From positions 29,512,001-29,576,000 of the forward strand of contig OX597821.1 of the NCBI GenBank assembly GCA_951406725.2: DNA of 64,000 bases. Reading direction: 5' to 3'. Origin of the DNA: Octopus vulgaris. Its lineage: Eukaryota. Of the stretch, positions 41,198 to 56,057 are shown piece after piece. The notes under the pieces are model-generated. The model was not told the origin of the DNA. It saw nothing but the letters and a program-made list of their open reading frames with translations, and did not search any database. The position numbers were made by a program, and so were the translations under genes. How positions within the stretch are numbered: the stretch's first letter is position 1; each line of letters starts with the position of its first letter.

Positions 41198-44100
41198 ACA
41201 GTAATCAAGATTTACATGTAGTATATATAAGATACCTGTAATGAAAAGGTGTCCTATCTAATGAGATATTCATGTATAATCTCCTTGATGTCACAAAACT
41301 AGAGTTAAGCCCTAAACCTAAAATGCCTCCAATATTTAAAAGTGTGTGTGTGGGTGGGTGGGTGGGTTTTTGGGTGGTTGAGAGAGAGAGAAAAAGAGTA
41401 TATGGGTATGGCTGTGTGTATGTGGACACAAAATCACAGCCAAAATATTATCTGACATCAAAATTGAATGTGAAGAATTAAGGAATGTCATTGCAATGAC
41501 AACATAACATATAACTGAACTAGAGATAGTGATTTAATATTTACAAATATTAAATCTGTATTCTGAGTGTTTACATTCCCTTGCAGAAACATTATTTCTA
41601 CATTATAGCCTTTTAGTCCTTGTTTATAGAGAAAAATAAGGAAAGGTGAGTGAGAAGGACTATGTTAGATTTTAAAACTTTTGGCAAATAAAAATTTACA
41701 ATATGTTTCTAACAAAATAACAGGCCATAGCTTATTCCAAGATGATTAAACAAACGATAGAGGTATTATGTAATTTTCCAAATAGTAAGAAAATATTTTG
41801 CCTTCTGTCAATTTCATCAATATAAAGGAACCAGGAATAAACACTGATTCAATTCTAAATGGTACACCTCGATTATGCCAGCAGAGAACATTTTCGCTTC
41901 TTAATGTAAAGAACTGTAAAATTTTAGACAAAACCTTCTGTAAAAGAGTACTCAATTTTGAAGCTTTTGAAGAAGACTAATGATAAAATTGCTATTGTTT
42001 AGACCCATGTCAGCCCAGATCAAATTAGATCTGCGATCAAAGATGGTCAAGACCTGATTATTCCATCTCATTTTTCAAAGTCTGAGATTAACCCTAACCC
42101 TAACGTGTCTTCTTTCTTTAAGACATTAGGGTGTGTGTCCACCCTTAAGACAATAGAGTGTGTATGTATGTGTGTGGAGGGAATGCGTATTTGAGTGAGA
42201 CATATATGCTAATTCAAGCAGGTCAAGCAACAACAGTGCGGCTCCTTCAAAGGCTCTGAAAATAGCAGAGACTAGTGAAGTACATTGTTAACTACGTGTT
42301 GACTTACATACGTTCAAGAAGAATATTAATGGCATCAATCTTACCATTCAAAGAGGCATGGACACTGCCTCTTCCGTAACAGGCATGGATACTGCCCCTT
42401 CTTTTATAGTTAACAATTAAAAAAAAAAAAGGACAATGGGAGAATAGGTTTTTGTGTAACGGAGTTTTACACACTATGAAAATTTTCAGGAAATCTACTC
42501 TTTCATAACATAGGGAGGACCCATTTTCTCATTACTTCCCTTGTTATTATAACATAAAAGTCAATGGAAACATAAATTTCATGTTACAGAATTCCACTTT
42601 AAAAGAATGGTGTCCAAGAATGCAATGTTTCCTTAATGCAGGGAGTTGCTCTTAGCTTTGAAGATGATACATCGGCATGGCCACAAACCAACAATCAAAA
42701 CAAGTGAATAAAAGAATGAAGACCACTGCACTCCACTATGAAGTTTTATGAGTTTACATCATAATAATAATAATAATAACTTTGCTGATGATGATGATAA
42801 TAATAATAACAATAATAATAGCTGTGGTAAACAAAGGAGAAAAACAATCTCTTTCTTCAATAGACATATATATTCAGAATTACAAAGGAAGGAGAGAAAA
42901 AAATAAGAAACAAATAGAAGTTTGTCACATTAGTGTCTTTTTCAAAGGAATAATAAGTAAACTTAAAACAGGCAACAACTTGGAAACCACAAAAGATAAT
43001 TTTTCTCAAGACTGCACAACACCAATACGAACTTGCTTAATGTACCAACAGTTACATTACTATTAATACAGAAATACTTTAACAAAAATAAAAATTTAGA
43101 AAAAAAAAAAAAGGAACGAAAAAGAAAACAATATAAAAAACAAAAATCGATCAAACGTAAGCGAGAGCTTCACTGATGCAGAATTGAAACCAGTGACTTT
43201 GTTAGTCAGTAGTATCACACTAATCAATAATCTTTACAACTCCTCCATCACGGAAACCAGCAATACTCTCTACCTCAACCAGCACCATCGAAGTTAGTGA
43301 AACCCCGCCATAGACAAGCACTACCACCACACCACACCATACACCCACCAGTACAAGCACTATACAGTTTCAACTCAACGGTACCACAACTACTGCTATG
43401 TCGCCATCTCCTCCTTCAAACGAACTGCTCACCATTTTCAACAGAGTTATTTACAGTTAGCAATGTTTGTTCTCTTTAAACCAAATTTATTAATTGTTCT
43501 TCGATTCAGCCAATCCTTTCACACTATCTCGCTCTGTTTTCCACTATTTTCTTCTATGATAATAACAACAACAATTATCATCATCATCATCACTGTTATT
43601 ATAATTATCATCATCCTTATTATTATTATTGTTATTATTATTATTATTATTATTAGCAACAGCAGCATAATCATCATCAATATATTTCTTTTAGAACAGT
43701 TTTTCACCACCTCCAGCACCTGAAGCATGCTCCCTTGTGCTTCAGGTGCATACAATGTTTTGTTGCCATTGTGTTTTATGCATTTGTGTTTGTGTGCCTG
43801 CATATGCATGCATGCACACAACTGAGATTATCTGCATGCATGTTCACACACGTGTGTGTGTGTGTGTGTGTGTGTATTTGCAAGTGTGTGTAATTTATTG
43901 TTTAGAGAGTGTCCTATGATAGTAGAATACACATGAGGTGTACACAGCTTCTTTCGTTTTTTTTGTTTTTTTTATCATTTTCCTTTGCAATGCTTATTGC
44001 AAATGTATGAGACCTGGAAATGATAAAGTATTTTGCTTGGATTCATGTTGTTTCTATTCAATGTTTTGCTTCACCAATGTACTTTTTGTTTGTATTTTTT

Positions 44101-44779
44101 TGGGGTTTTTTTTTGGTTTTTTAGTAATTCTTAATGTTTTTCCTACTACCATAGGGAGTGCCTACACATTCATCTCACTCATACAAACACACACACAAAC
44201 AAAAGCAGGTTTTTGGCCTTTACCTCTGAGGTCTTTATCATGTACTTCAACAATATTCACAATATTTTTTTTTTCTTTCAGAACGAGGTGTTTGTTTAGT
44301 TCATATTTTTTGTTACAGTTTATTCGTTCTCTTATAATCAAAGAGCAATGCTGATAACCTATATATTTATATTTAGGACTTCCCAAACAGGAAAAACAGA
44401 GGTTACCAAGTGAGGTTAACACTGTTGATATTCAGTTTGAATTACAAGAAATTGTTAGCAAAGAGGTGGAGTCCCAGAGAGATAAAGTTGCTAGGAGAGA
44501 AATTGGGCAAGCTTCTATGTACAGGATTGCAAGGAAACAACACATGACACTTTATTATATATGTACATACACGTGTGTGTGTGTGTGTGGGTGTGTGAGT
44601 GTGTAAGAGAAAGAGAGTGAGTGAGAGCTATCACTCAAAAGCAAGTGCAGCCTGGCAGCTTGTACCATTTTCTTGTTGTTTCAGGTACCTATGTAGCTGC
44701 AAGCAGACAGAGACACACTCTGGGCCCTCCGAAAATTGACCCAGTGCAACATTGAGGATGAGATGCCACATCAACAGTG

Positions 44780-44916
44780 AGCTGGTTTTTATCTTCATCT
44801 GAGTAGACTAGAGCAATAAGAAATGAAATGCCTTGCTCAAGGACACAATAAGTCTCCTTTCAGGAATTAAACCCACCACCTTGTAATCACAAAACCAATA
44901 CCCCAACCACTAGGCT
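44780..44916 (-). mobile_element. tRNA-derived SINE head (family D), degenerate
   Basis: Minus strand GCCTAGTGGTT..GGTTTAATTCC..GTGTCCTTGAGCAAGGCA..TTGCTCTAGTCTACTCAG; related copy at about 59135-59262 (+). Confidence 0.55.
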
Positions 44917-47307
44917 TTACACACACACGCACACATGCATTACATCAATGATACACCACACTGTACCCTTGCTAATGGACAACTAAAGCCATAACAGTCT
45001 TCACAAATGCTATTTCCCATAACTGTCAATGATCCTTCAGGGAGCTCAAATAACTGCAATTTGGCTCAAAATGTGTTTGAAACGCTGGATTTTCTCTTCA
45101 GAAACAGAATATATAAAAGCTGTGAATATCTGCTGGGCATATCAATAATTCTTGTTCATATATAAGGGGAAGTCTAATCACTAGATCACCAATACACTGT
45201 GTCTTCCCTTGGTCCCCTGTATACACAGCTACAGTAGGTCCTTTCATCTCATCTATCCTGGGTTTTTTTTTCTCATTACCCATACTGTTTATCACATATC
45301 AACCACTACCAAATAATTTTTCTAGTCCTTTTCTAGCCTAGAATTGCTTCCCTCTAGAACTCCTTTTCTATTCAGTTTTTCCCCAAACAAACAACCCACT
45401 AATATTTGAGCTGAAGAGGGAACATTGCTATCATACTAGTCTCAAGCCTAGTTATATTCACTGCCTCTATTCCACCCTACTCAAATTAAATATTGCTTTC
45501 TAACACAAGCAAAGGGCCACAAATATGAGACAGAATTATAGTCCACTATATCAAAGCCAGAAGATGACTTTTACCTTACCAGGATGAATTTCATGAAATT
45601 TGAACTCTGTTCATAAAGAGTCATAACCAAATATCACAAGGCATTATAGCCAATGCTCCACTGGTTTAGCTAATATTAACAAATACACGAACTACTAAAG
45701 AGATCATAGGAATATTGTGATGAAGAGTAGAACTGAATGCAAGAAGCGAGAGTAACAAACTTGATGTTTCCAGAGGAACTAACACTTCAGGCTTAGAATG
45801 ATAGAGAAGCAATTAAAGAGTTCTTCAGATCTAAAATATTACTTTCTTCAGTCGCGTGCATTTTATAGCGAAGGAAAGTTTCAAGTCTCAAGAAAGCAAA
45901 GTTTTCACTATGAGTTGGGGTAGGTAGGAGTGGATTTTAAAAATATATTTTGAGGGTGAATTTTATTTTATACATACAATTTTTAGTCACTTAAATTTAA
46001 TTATAGTAAATAGCCTGGAGAAGGATAGGCACTAAGATGCTGTCTAGTCTAAGACCTATACTACACAAATGTAAATGGTTATCACTGAAAGCTTCATTTT
46101 CATGTAGCGATGTGTGTCTCAAACTAGACAACATCTTAGAGCCAATTAATTTTATTTTTATTTTTATTTTCCCTCACACTCCTCTAATGTTATAGAGGTG
46201 GTGCTTATTTTATTGATTCTGAAAGGATGACAAGCAACATTTTCACTGGCAAGATTTCAGTTTAAAACAATAAAACAGCGAAAACAACAACATAACAACA
46301 ATTGTTTCTATATTTACCACAAGGGTGATGGGTGACAGATGAGAGAATGTTACAAGAATTACAAAGATGATGGTGATGATGTCTTTTCTTTTTTTTTTCT
46401 TCTTTTAACACTAAACGAATTTAGCAGCCCATCAACCATTGACAACAGTTTCTAATTTAAGCACAAGGCCAGCAATCACATTGGTACTTTATTTTATTGA
46501 TCATGAAAGGATGAAGAACAAAGTCACACATGGGAGGATTTGCATTCAAAACACAAAGAAACTGGAACAAATACTGCAAAGCATTGTTTTTTTGATTTTT
46601 TTTTTTTTTCTTATACTCAATTCTGTCAATCCATTGTCGTAAAGATAATAATCATTTCTGCTTTAGACACAAGTCCATCAGATTCTAGGGGAAGAAGTTA
46701 GTTGATAGCATTAACCCTAGTACTTGACTGGAACTTTACTTTATCAACCCTACAGGGATGGAAGTCAAAGCTGACTTTGGCAAAATTTAAACTTAGAATG
46801 TAAAGAGCTGGAACAAATACAAGTTGTTGTTTTTTTTTTATCTCACTTCTGCCAATTCACTTCTATAATAATGATAATGATAATATTAATAATAATAATG
46901 ATGATGATGATAGTATGCAAAATCTTGTAAACCATACTTGGGTTTACACCATTTTATGCAGTCTAAAAAAATATCCCAGCTAGCTGAAGCCTGTGCAAGA
47001 CACTTCCAATTCAATAGCACAACTCAAATAATACACACTCTGTATACAACACACATAGCATATACAATCATTGATTAATAAAATAACACAATTCACACAA
47101 CACAGATTTTATACAAACTGCAACTGAAGAAAAGAAAATAGGAAAAGCACAATACTGGAACTAAACAACAACTTGTACGACTCACATTCTACAAAATTGC
47201 TATAAGACATTCCAGTACTGCCTATATGAAACTCATACATCACCTAGTAAAATAATGAGTTATGTTATTTTACCTAACTCTTGTGCCACATAATATACAC
47301 CACAGAA

Positions 47308-47517
47308 GATACTAACCCGGCTGTAATAAGGCACTGTAATACAAATGTCTTGTTTTCAAAAGTTCTGAATTAAAATCTTCTGTTAAACCTCAGTCACAAT
47401 TTATGTTACTAACACTTGCTTAATGATAACTAAGTTATTTTACTAAATTCTTTGTTATATTTAAAATTAATTGAAAGAAACACAGAGCATCTCAACAGAA
47501 ATATGGTAACAAAAGGG
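47308..47517 (+). mobile_element. TTAA MITE (piggyBac-like), left end truncated
   Basis: Ends GGTAACAAAAGGG followed by TTAA; similar to 14994-15215. Confidence 0.7.
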
Positions 47518-50049
47518 TTAAACAACAATACCAGAAACAACAAACTAAATACCACAAGCAGAGATGAATGACGTAGTATTATATTATACTAACACAGGTC
47601 TACACTCTTACAAAGACAACGCTGCGCATATATCAGAATTGTGAAAGGAAACCTGGTGATGCAGTAATAACTAGCATAAACCTGTTGGAGATATGATAAT
47701 AATCTAATAAATCTGAGAAATTGTAATGCTCATGCCTTTCCAAAATTTATTAGCAACATTAGAGTAGCGAATTAAGAAGAGGCTTAAAACCGATAATTGA
47801 AACCAAGGAAAGGATGAATTTAACGAAAGGTCTTTCTGCCACATCACAGTTCTCACCAATGATAACAATACTAATTAATAAGAAGGAGAACAAAAATAAT
47901 AATGACAATGATCTCTCAATTATGCACGTGAAAGAAGTAACTAATTGGGAGGAAAAAAAAAAAAAGTAAAAAGAACAAGGAGGAAGAAATGAAGTAAAAT
48001 GAAATAAAATATAGGAATTCAGACCTTGTAATGACCAGTATTAGTGATTCCACACAGCTATGTCTGTGTCTAACCAATGTAATTATGGGTGGAGCAACAA
48101 CACTAGTTCGCTGACATACAGGTGGAGAGGTGATAACTTGGATTTCTAGAAAAACTTTTAATTGGTGACAGCTGGCTTTTTTCAAAACTTCATCTGTTAT
48201 TCCATCTGCGTGTTTATGTGCATTTTATGTGTGAACGTATTTTGCAGTGCAAGAGTTGCATACATGTATGTGGGGGTGAGAGATTATGATGAGTATGTGA
48301 TGGTGACTGAGGGTGAGAGAAAAAGAAAACAACTGAAACACTGTGTCCAAATGAGAAATTACCATTAATATGATTAAATATTTTTGTTATGCATGCAGTG
48401 AATAAATATGAAAGAGAATGAGAGAAATAGACAGAGAAAGAGAAACAGCTATAATGAGAGAGGAGAGAAATAAATATGGTATAAATTTTGATAGGATGAT
48501 TAAAGGTACAGTACTACTTCATTTTTGTGCAATCAGAATGAATTGATATTTAGAATGAGACACAACATAGAATCAACAATGTGAGTGTTCAAAGTAAGCA
48601 GAGAGATAATAGAACTATTGTGAGGCGCTGGAGCCAGTTTCATAATATATGTATGATTTGGTTTATATTCAGTTCTTTTGAAAAATTCTTTTCCTCAGAT
48701 GTCACAGGTAAGGTTGTGGGTGTATATAAACTGATCTTGGTCAAAATTCCTAACCATGGATTTACAGTTAATTGACCAACTGCACTAAGTTCAATGAATT
48801 AGCATATAAATGAGTGAGTACTCCATGGAAATGCAGCAACATATAAAGTGACACAGTATGTTAAGATTACTTGTTTGAATTACAGGTAAAACATGCAATG
48901 GACTTCTGCACAGTTTCTGTTGACCTAATTTTAGTCCCAAGGTATAGGTTAACTGAAAGATGTATAAAGAAAACCTGAGACAGAAAAATATGAAGAAATC
49001 TACCCGGACTCCTTGACAGGAACTGTTCACATTTTCCAATCTTATATTTGCAATATTTCTTTCTTTCTTTCTCTCTGCACACAGATTCAACTGTATATGT
49101 GTGCATGTGTGTGTATGTATATATATATTACTAAGCTTAGAAATATGTGAAAGGCACACTGTCCAACCAACAGCTGCACAACCATGTCAATGGATACATG
49201 ACAATGTTTCTAACCTAACACTAGATCAAACACAAATGGGTAAGCTCCTCCCAAAGTTTCAATGAAAATATTGAAAGATGTCAATATTAAAGGTAGTAAA
49301 GAGTGAATCAAGGGTGTTTTGGTCGTTAATTCTAGAACATCAACTTAGCATGTAGTGGTTGCCTCACAAGGTGGTTTTCTTAGGCTGTTCTAGGAGCTGG
49401 CTGGTCTGGTACTCTCTCTAATTATGCTCTCGCCCACCCGCCTGCTTTTCCACCCATTTCACTCAACTCGGCTCCATGCACAGGGTAGAAAACATGGCAC
49501 GGGGTAGAAAATTAGTCTGTAGCACACTATGCGAGCAAAAATAAATAATAGAAAAGATGGGCTGAATAAATGGAGTTAGAGGAAGGGAGAACAGAATTCA
49601 GGCAAACAGAGACATAGAAACACTTTACATATCTTGCAAACATCAATATATCAGCTCAGATATATTAAGTGTGCACTTCCACATGCCCAACTACTTTCGG
49701 CAGTTCAAAGTAGGATTTTGGACCTTCACAATCTAGAGGCTTATGACATACATGTCTTGCTAAGACCTTGGGCTTGAATATATATATATATCCATCTTAT
49801 GTTGAATTTTCGTGTTTCATTTTCATTCTGCTATAAATATTCTCTCATAAATATTCATTTTCTTCATAAAATTATATTTGGCTGTATATCAGAATATCAC
49901 CAGAGAAAATGAAATGACTAAGTAACAAAATAAATTTACATAATGCTATTTATCAAGTTTTGCAATGAACTTTCATTTGGAATAAGCTGCACAATAGAAG
50001 CATATGTAGTGAAGTTTTGGACTATCCACTTTCATTAACTATATACATA

Positions 50050-50441
50050 TCTCTCTATATATAAAGCTGAAGTTGTCTGTGTATGGCAGGTTTGATAGCC
50101 TTCAACTAACACTATCTCCTCAGAGACCCTGAGGTGCAAGTTGACCAAAATTGAGAGTATGATAGAAAAAGGCTTGCTCTTCATTCCATAGAAGATAAAA
50201 TTAAAATCGGACCATGTTAACACCAAAAATTATTTACATCAAAAAGGTGCTTTTTTTCTATGAAAATCCCTATTTTTTACGGTTTTTTTACTGCTGTGTC
50301 GCCATTTTTCGGTGTATTTCAACAAGAAAAATGTTCACATAAAGAGAATAACAAGCTACATAATGCAAAATTTTTACTTTTCAAAAATTCCAATTCTAAA
50401 GGGTCGAAACAAAACCAAGCAACGCCAGGCAATACTGCTAG
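50050..50441 (+). mobile_element. Non-autonomous Helitron
   Basis: Starts TC after A (TCTCTCTATATATAAA); degenerate subterminal hairpin CCAAGC-AAC-GCCAGG; ends CTAG before T; no TSD. Confidence 0.8.
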
Positions 50442-50460
50442 TATATATATAGACATAAAG

Positions 50461-50520
<60 letters not shown>

Positions 50521-50666
50521 ACATATATACACATAGATAAGTAAGTATATATGTATGAATTCATGCATGCATGCATGCATCTAAGTATATAACCTTGGTA
50601 TGCTAATCTGTGCTGCAATACTGTGCTGGGTGACGTTGCTTTGTAAAAATGTTCAGCTATTCTTAC

Positions 50667-50750
50667 ATAAACCACTGTTTCGTTGATCTGATATACGTGT
50701 TTCCGTGCAGCAACTACGGTTACTTCCTCTAGTAGCGTGGTGTAAAGTGT
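50667..50750 (-). CDS. Candidate 84-nt internal exon of an unidentified gene
   Basis: TTTGTACAG acceptor, GTAAGA donor, length multiple of 3, two open frames, 5 CpGs in non-repetitive sequence. Confidence 0.35.
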
Positions 50751-52280
50751 CTGTACAAATGCTCATATATGTGTAAACATACTTACACACATGTACATAT
50801 ACATAATAATAAAAAAAAAAAAATAGAAAGAGATGAATGAATGGAAAGAAATATGGAACACATGCAGACACATTCATATATTTTTAGCTAAGTATGTACG
50901 CATGTTTCACACACACATGTATATATGTGTCTATACACAAACAGACACATACGATTATTTGTGTAATTATAATCACACAAATACACATATATATTGTGTG
51001 TGTGTATGAAAGCATATATGTGTGTATAATTCTGTAGCAATATATGCCAACTTATACACACTTAATGATGACACCTATACACATATGTGTAGGATATACA
51101 TACACTCAATACAGAAGAACTATATTCTAGCTCCAGAAAGACAATGAAAGGAAGTCTACAATGGCTAAAACTAACAAAGAAAGGAAGTGATCTGCTGGAA
51201 AACCAGCATTTCTTAAAGTTTCTTCAGATAATCATCCGATTAAGCATTATGTTTGCACCCACTGACTGACGCTAGTGCAGACATAGCCAAAACACTAGCA
51301 GAAATCATATTAGTGGCAATTCAACCATGACACAGACGATGTATAAAGAAAAGGGGAGAGAAAAACAAAACAAACAAATCACTTGAAGGAAAAATTATAA
51401 AACAATAAAATAAATAAAGAAATTGTAAGTTCCATCACAGAATTGGAATATAAAAAATATCTATTGCATAAAAAATATACTGTAATAAAAATATCTAGTT
51501 TGTTACTTGCTACAAGAGTAACGAGTAGAGGGACATGACAAAGACGGATTGCAAAATCAGAGGAGGATTTATAAATATGAATATCTATACTGATTTCTTA
51601 TTTAAGCTAAAAAAATATACAAGAATTCGGTACAATACAGTGGATGAGAAAAAAGGCGAGGGAGTGGGAGTACAGTGTTGAATACATTCACATTATTTCT
51701 GACTTCAGATCATAGTCTCCACTGACACTAAATGTCTGTCTTCCATGCTGGAATGGATTAGACAGTTGAGCAAGGTCCAGGTAGCTGGAGGACTGTGTTG
51801 AGCTTAAAGGTTTGCTTAGGAAGGCATAGTTTCTATAGCTCAGTGCCCTTCCTAAGACCAACTACTTTACAAAACTACTGGGTGGGTGCTAGCACCAGCA
51901 CTACAACTCACAAAACTGGGGTCTGAAATTTGACACAAGGGGAGATAAGCAAAGTTGACATCAGTAGGACTAAAAAGTCAGTGGTGGTGATGAAACTAAA
52001 TGCTATGAACCCTTAACACCTCACTCAATCATCTCTACTACCGAGCAGTAACATAATACAACTAATGATATTTCAGTTTGTAGAGAAGAGCTTATCTCTA
52101 GTTCTCTGGTGTTTACTTGCCACCACCACCAAGACCAATACTGGCTGCTGTGTTAACTCACTTCTGTAGTTAGTTGCCAGCATTATAAAAAGCTAAACTG
52201 TGGTGCAGAGGTAACTGGTTGAATGGTTCAAATCAAGTTCATAGACTTAGTATACTTTAGTTGAAAGCCTTATGCAAGTA

Positions 52281-52716
52281 TCATCATCAACACAGTTTTA
52301 ACATCCAATCCACTTTTCCATGTTTGCATGGGTCAAGCAAAATTGTTTGAGGTGATTTTTTTTTTTTTTTGCAGCTGGATGCTCTTTCTGTTGCCAACTC
52401 TCATGTTGCCATGTAAGATAATAGTACTTCATTACTAAACATCTTTCCACAGAATACTGGAAATGAAGGACACTGCTTCCATGATGATATTGCTCATTTG
52501 CAAATATCATGTCACGTCAAGGCAAGGAGACAGTCACACACACACGCACACACATACACACACACACAAGCTTCTTTCAGTTTCCATCGACAAAATCCAC
52601 TTATAAGGCTTTCATCAACCTAGAGCTATAGTAGAAGACACTTGCTGAAGGTGGAACTGAACCTAAAACCATGTAGTTGGGAAGTAAACTTTTTGCAGCA
52701 AAGCCATGCTTGCACC
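52281..52716 (-). mobile_element. Old chimeric SINE, near complete
   Basis: Family A head at 52568-52716, (CA)n, different body, GGATGCTCTTTCTGTTGCCAAC and (ATC)n tail. Confidence 0.7.
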
Positions 52717-54938
52717 TATGTATGTAACTGGTAATTAACTCATTAAATCACAAAGAGAGCTAAACAAGACTGACCGCAGTAGGACTACAAAGTCAGTAAA
52801 TACTACAAATCCTTTAATGCTATACTCAACCATTTCAACTAACTAGCCACAGCAACAGCAGCAGTAGTAATAGTAGTAGAGTATTAGTAATAATATTGAT
52901 TTCTAACAAAGGTACAAGGTCACAAACAATTAGAGATAACCTCAATATTTGACTGATACTCTATTTTATCAACCCTGGGAGAATGAAGGGCAACATAGAC
53001 CATGGAGTAGTCTAAATCAAATTGTAAAGGGACATAACTGAATACCAAAGGATACTTTCTCCAATTTTTTACTATTTCTACTAACCTGCAGTTCTACATT
53101 CTACTTTGATACTGATTTCTAATATTGCCGTATGGTTGCAAATTTTTTCTTTTTTATTTGAGTAGGAAAGATACAGTTAATAAAGATATATCCCACAATC
53201 CAATTGCTATTTTATTTCATGGATCCCCAAAGGATAAAAGGCAAAATTTCATCCAACCCTCTACCATTTTTCCCTATCAATTGCTCCAGTAATATTACTA
53301 ACAGAAGAAAGTTTTCTTTTCTTTTTGGCAAGGATCCAGGTTAATGTTATAATAAAGATGAGTAGTAAATGAATCCAGGTGAACATAAGTTTTTACACTT
53401 TTTATTTTTTGTTCATAATGCACATGCAGATGAGAATGAGAAGCAACAATTTAACACTAACACTCCACAGTCATCCAACCATAAACTGTACTAATAACTA
53501 ACACTGTGGTATGAAACTCGGTAGCACTGAACTAGTAAACTAGATATATATACACAAATAAATACTGAAGTACAAATACATCATATGTTATTTCATGAAC
53601 AAATAAATGAATATAAACCATCATATCTCCATACATTTAGTCTCACTGTAAAATGGTCTGTTTGACAGCTTGGCATATGGATCAAAATGACCTGATCTGT
53701 TCAGTTATTTAACAACTCATCAAGATCTGCTTACTTATATTTTCCCCAAGTACCAAGGTATAGAAGATGAAGACTTGCATATTAAAACATAAACAAGCAT
53801 GAGTCTGAGTACAACACACCTGCATAATTATACAAACATATATGTATGTATATACCCACATATGCATAGCACATCTATCTAGTTCACTTCCTCATAGTTT
53901 CCAAGTAAATCTCTTGCCAATTTTTCATATTTTTTTATAAACAACATCACAAAGAAAATAATACAAGGAAATATGGAAAATTTGATATGGAAATATTTTA
54001 AGAAATTTTTTAAAACAAACTTTTACATTTTACACATATGTATATGCACATACATACACAAGTATCAAACTATATTCACCAACCACCTCTTTTCTGGGCC
54101 TTCTGTTATCCAATTCTCATTCCTCTACCACACACCATTTAACATCTCACAAATCTACTACCATTCCCAACATTCTTTCAAATCTGCCACCAGGCCTCAC
54201 TCACTACAGCCACCCTTATGTACCTCAACATATTCCTCCCCATTGCTCCTACACCTTTGTATATCATCCTCCTAGCTTCTGATATCTCTTTCCTCCTAAC
54301 CCATTTCTGTTTCCCACCTTACGCCCTCTTACACACTGGTATTTCTATTTAACAGCACTCATATTTACCTCTACCCTCATCTCTAACCATCTGTTACTCT
54401 TCCCTCAAACTCTTTGAAACTACCCACTTCCTCACTGATCCACAGTCAGCATTCTCTCTATATTCACTTTCCTGTACCTTGACAGTTTGTTTTGGCATCC
54501 CATCATGACCATTTTTATCTTCTTCCCAGCTACTCCTACCCACCCTTGTATAATATGGGGTAGACATGTATCTCCTCAATAGCAAAATACATGTTCTTTT
54601 CCCTCTGTCGTACTTTAGCTTCTCAACACCAAACAAAGTCACCTGCCCCTCTCAAAAACTCCCCATGCTTAGTCATGGGATCATTTTCCTGTACCTTTTC
54701 TACCTTGCAAGTTACTTGGTGATCTCACAAGTACCAATGACATGGCAAAAAGAACCCAGTACACACTGTGTAATGGTCGGTATAAAGAAAGACATCCCGC
54801 CATAGAAAACAAGTCAAAGTCAACACCAGAGCTCAATGCAGCTTCACAGCTTGCTGGATAGTGTTAAACTGCCTAACCCACACTGGAACACAAAATAATC
54901 ATTAGATGATGATGATGTATATTCACAAGTATGCTTAT

Positions 54939-55114
54939 GTCGGTGGCATGTAAAAAGCACCCACTACACTCTCGGAGTGGTTGGCGTTAGGAAGGGCATC
55001 CAGCTGTAGAAACACTTCCAGATCAGACTGGAGCCTGGTGGGGCCTCCTGGCTTCCCAGACCCCGGTCAAACCCTTGCTAGCACAGAAAACGGACGTTAA
55101 ATGATGATGATGAT
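54939..55114 (+). mobile_element. Family B retroposon 3' part
   Basis: One monomer, GAGTGGTTGGCGTTAGGAAGGGCATCCAGCTGTAGAAAC, (GAT)n tail; an older decayed copy lies just upstream (about 54690-54918). Confidence 0.88.
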
Positions 55115-55387
55115 ATATATGCATGAATGTATGTATACATGTGTGTGTGAGTGTGTGTATATATGTAGATATAATCATCATTTTAACGTCCACTTTTCTA
55201 TGCATGCATGGGTGATGCAGAGTAAATGTGGCTGTGTAGCAAGCAGCTAGCTTCCAAACTACATGGTTCTGGGTTTAGTCGCTTCTATTATAACCCAAAG
55301 CTGACCAATATCTTGTGAGCAGATTTGGTAGAGGGAAACCGAAAGAAGCCTATTGAACACATTAATATATATACATATAAATATATA

Positions 55388-55718
55388 TACTCTTTTACTC
55401 TTTTACTTGTTTCAGTCATTTGACTGCGGCCATGCTGGAGCACCGCCTTTAGTCGAGCAAATCGACCTCGGGACTTATTCTTTGTAAGCCCAGTACTTAT
55501 TCTATCGGTCTCTTTTGCCGAACCGCTAAGTGACGGGGACGTAAACACACCAGCATCGGTTGTTAAGCAATGCTTGGGGGACAAACACAGACACACACAC
55601 ATACATATATATATATACATATATACAACAGGCTTCTTTCAGTTTCCGTCTACCAAATCCACTTACAAGGCATTGGTCGGCCCGGGGCTATAGTAGAAGA
55701 CACTTGCCCAAGATGCCA

Positions 55719-55722
<4 letters not shown>
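55388..55722 (-). mobile_element. Young family A SINE, 5'-truncated, nested antisense in an old chimeric SINE (about 55225-56253, +)
   Basis: Nearly identical to 10151-10498; host head at 55225-55352, host 3' body at about 56056-56253. Confidence 0.88.
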
Positions 55723-55757
<35 letters not shown>

Positions 55758-56017
55758 ATGTATGTACACACACACATGCATGTGTGTTTGTGTGTAGATC
55801 TATATTCACACATACATATAATGTGTGTTTATATACAAATACCATAAACACACATCCACAGACACACGCATGCATATGTGTATATAATATACAAACACAG
55901 TTCATACATACCCATACACCTTTCATAACTTGCATCAATATATTTATGTATGTGGGTATCTGTGTGTGCCTCGTGTTAAATTCAATATTACTTAGCATTT
56001 GTGTCTATATACTGAAT

Positions 56018-56057
<40 letters not shown>

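Noticed and set aside
40644-41204. 186-aa ORF
   Set aside because: Runs across a Penelope-like fragment, a TSD, a decayed SINE and (TA)n; no recognisable motif.
42354-42402. Short tandem duplications (27 bp here; others near 4108-4180, 42117-42165, 49476-49511)
   Set aside because: Ordinary two-copy slippage events with no further structure.
48020-48205. Minus-strand open frame GITDEVLKKASCHQLKVFLEIQVITSPP (and a 69-nt candidate near 48885-48953)
   Set aside because: Ambiguous splice boundaries and no recognisable homology.
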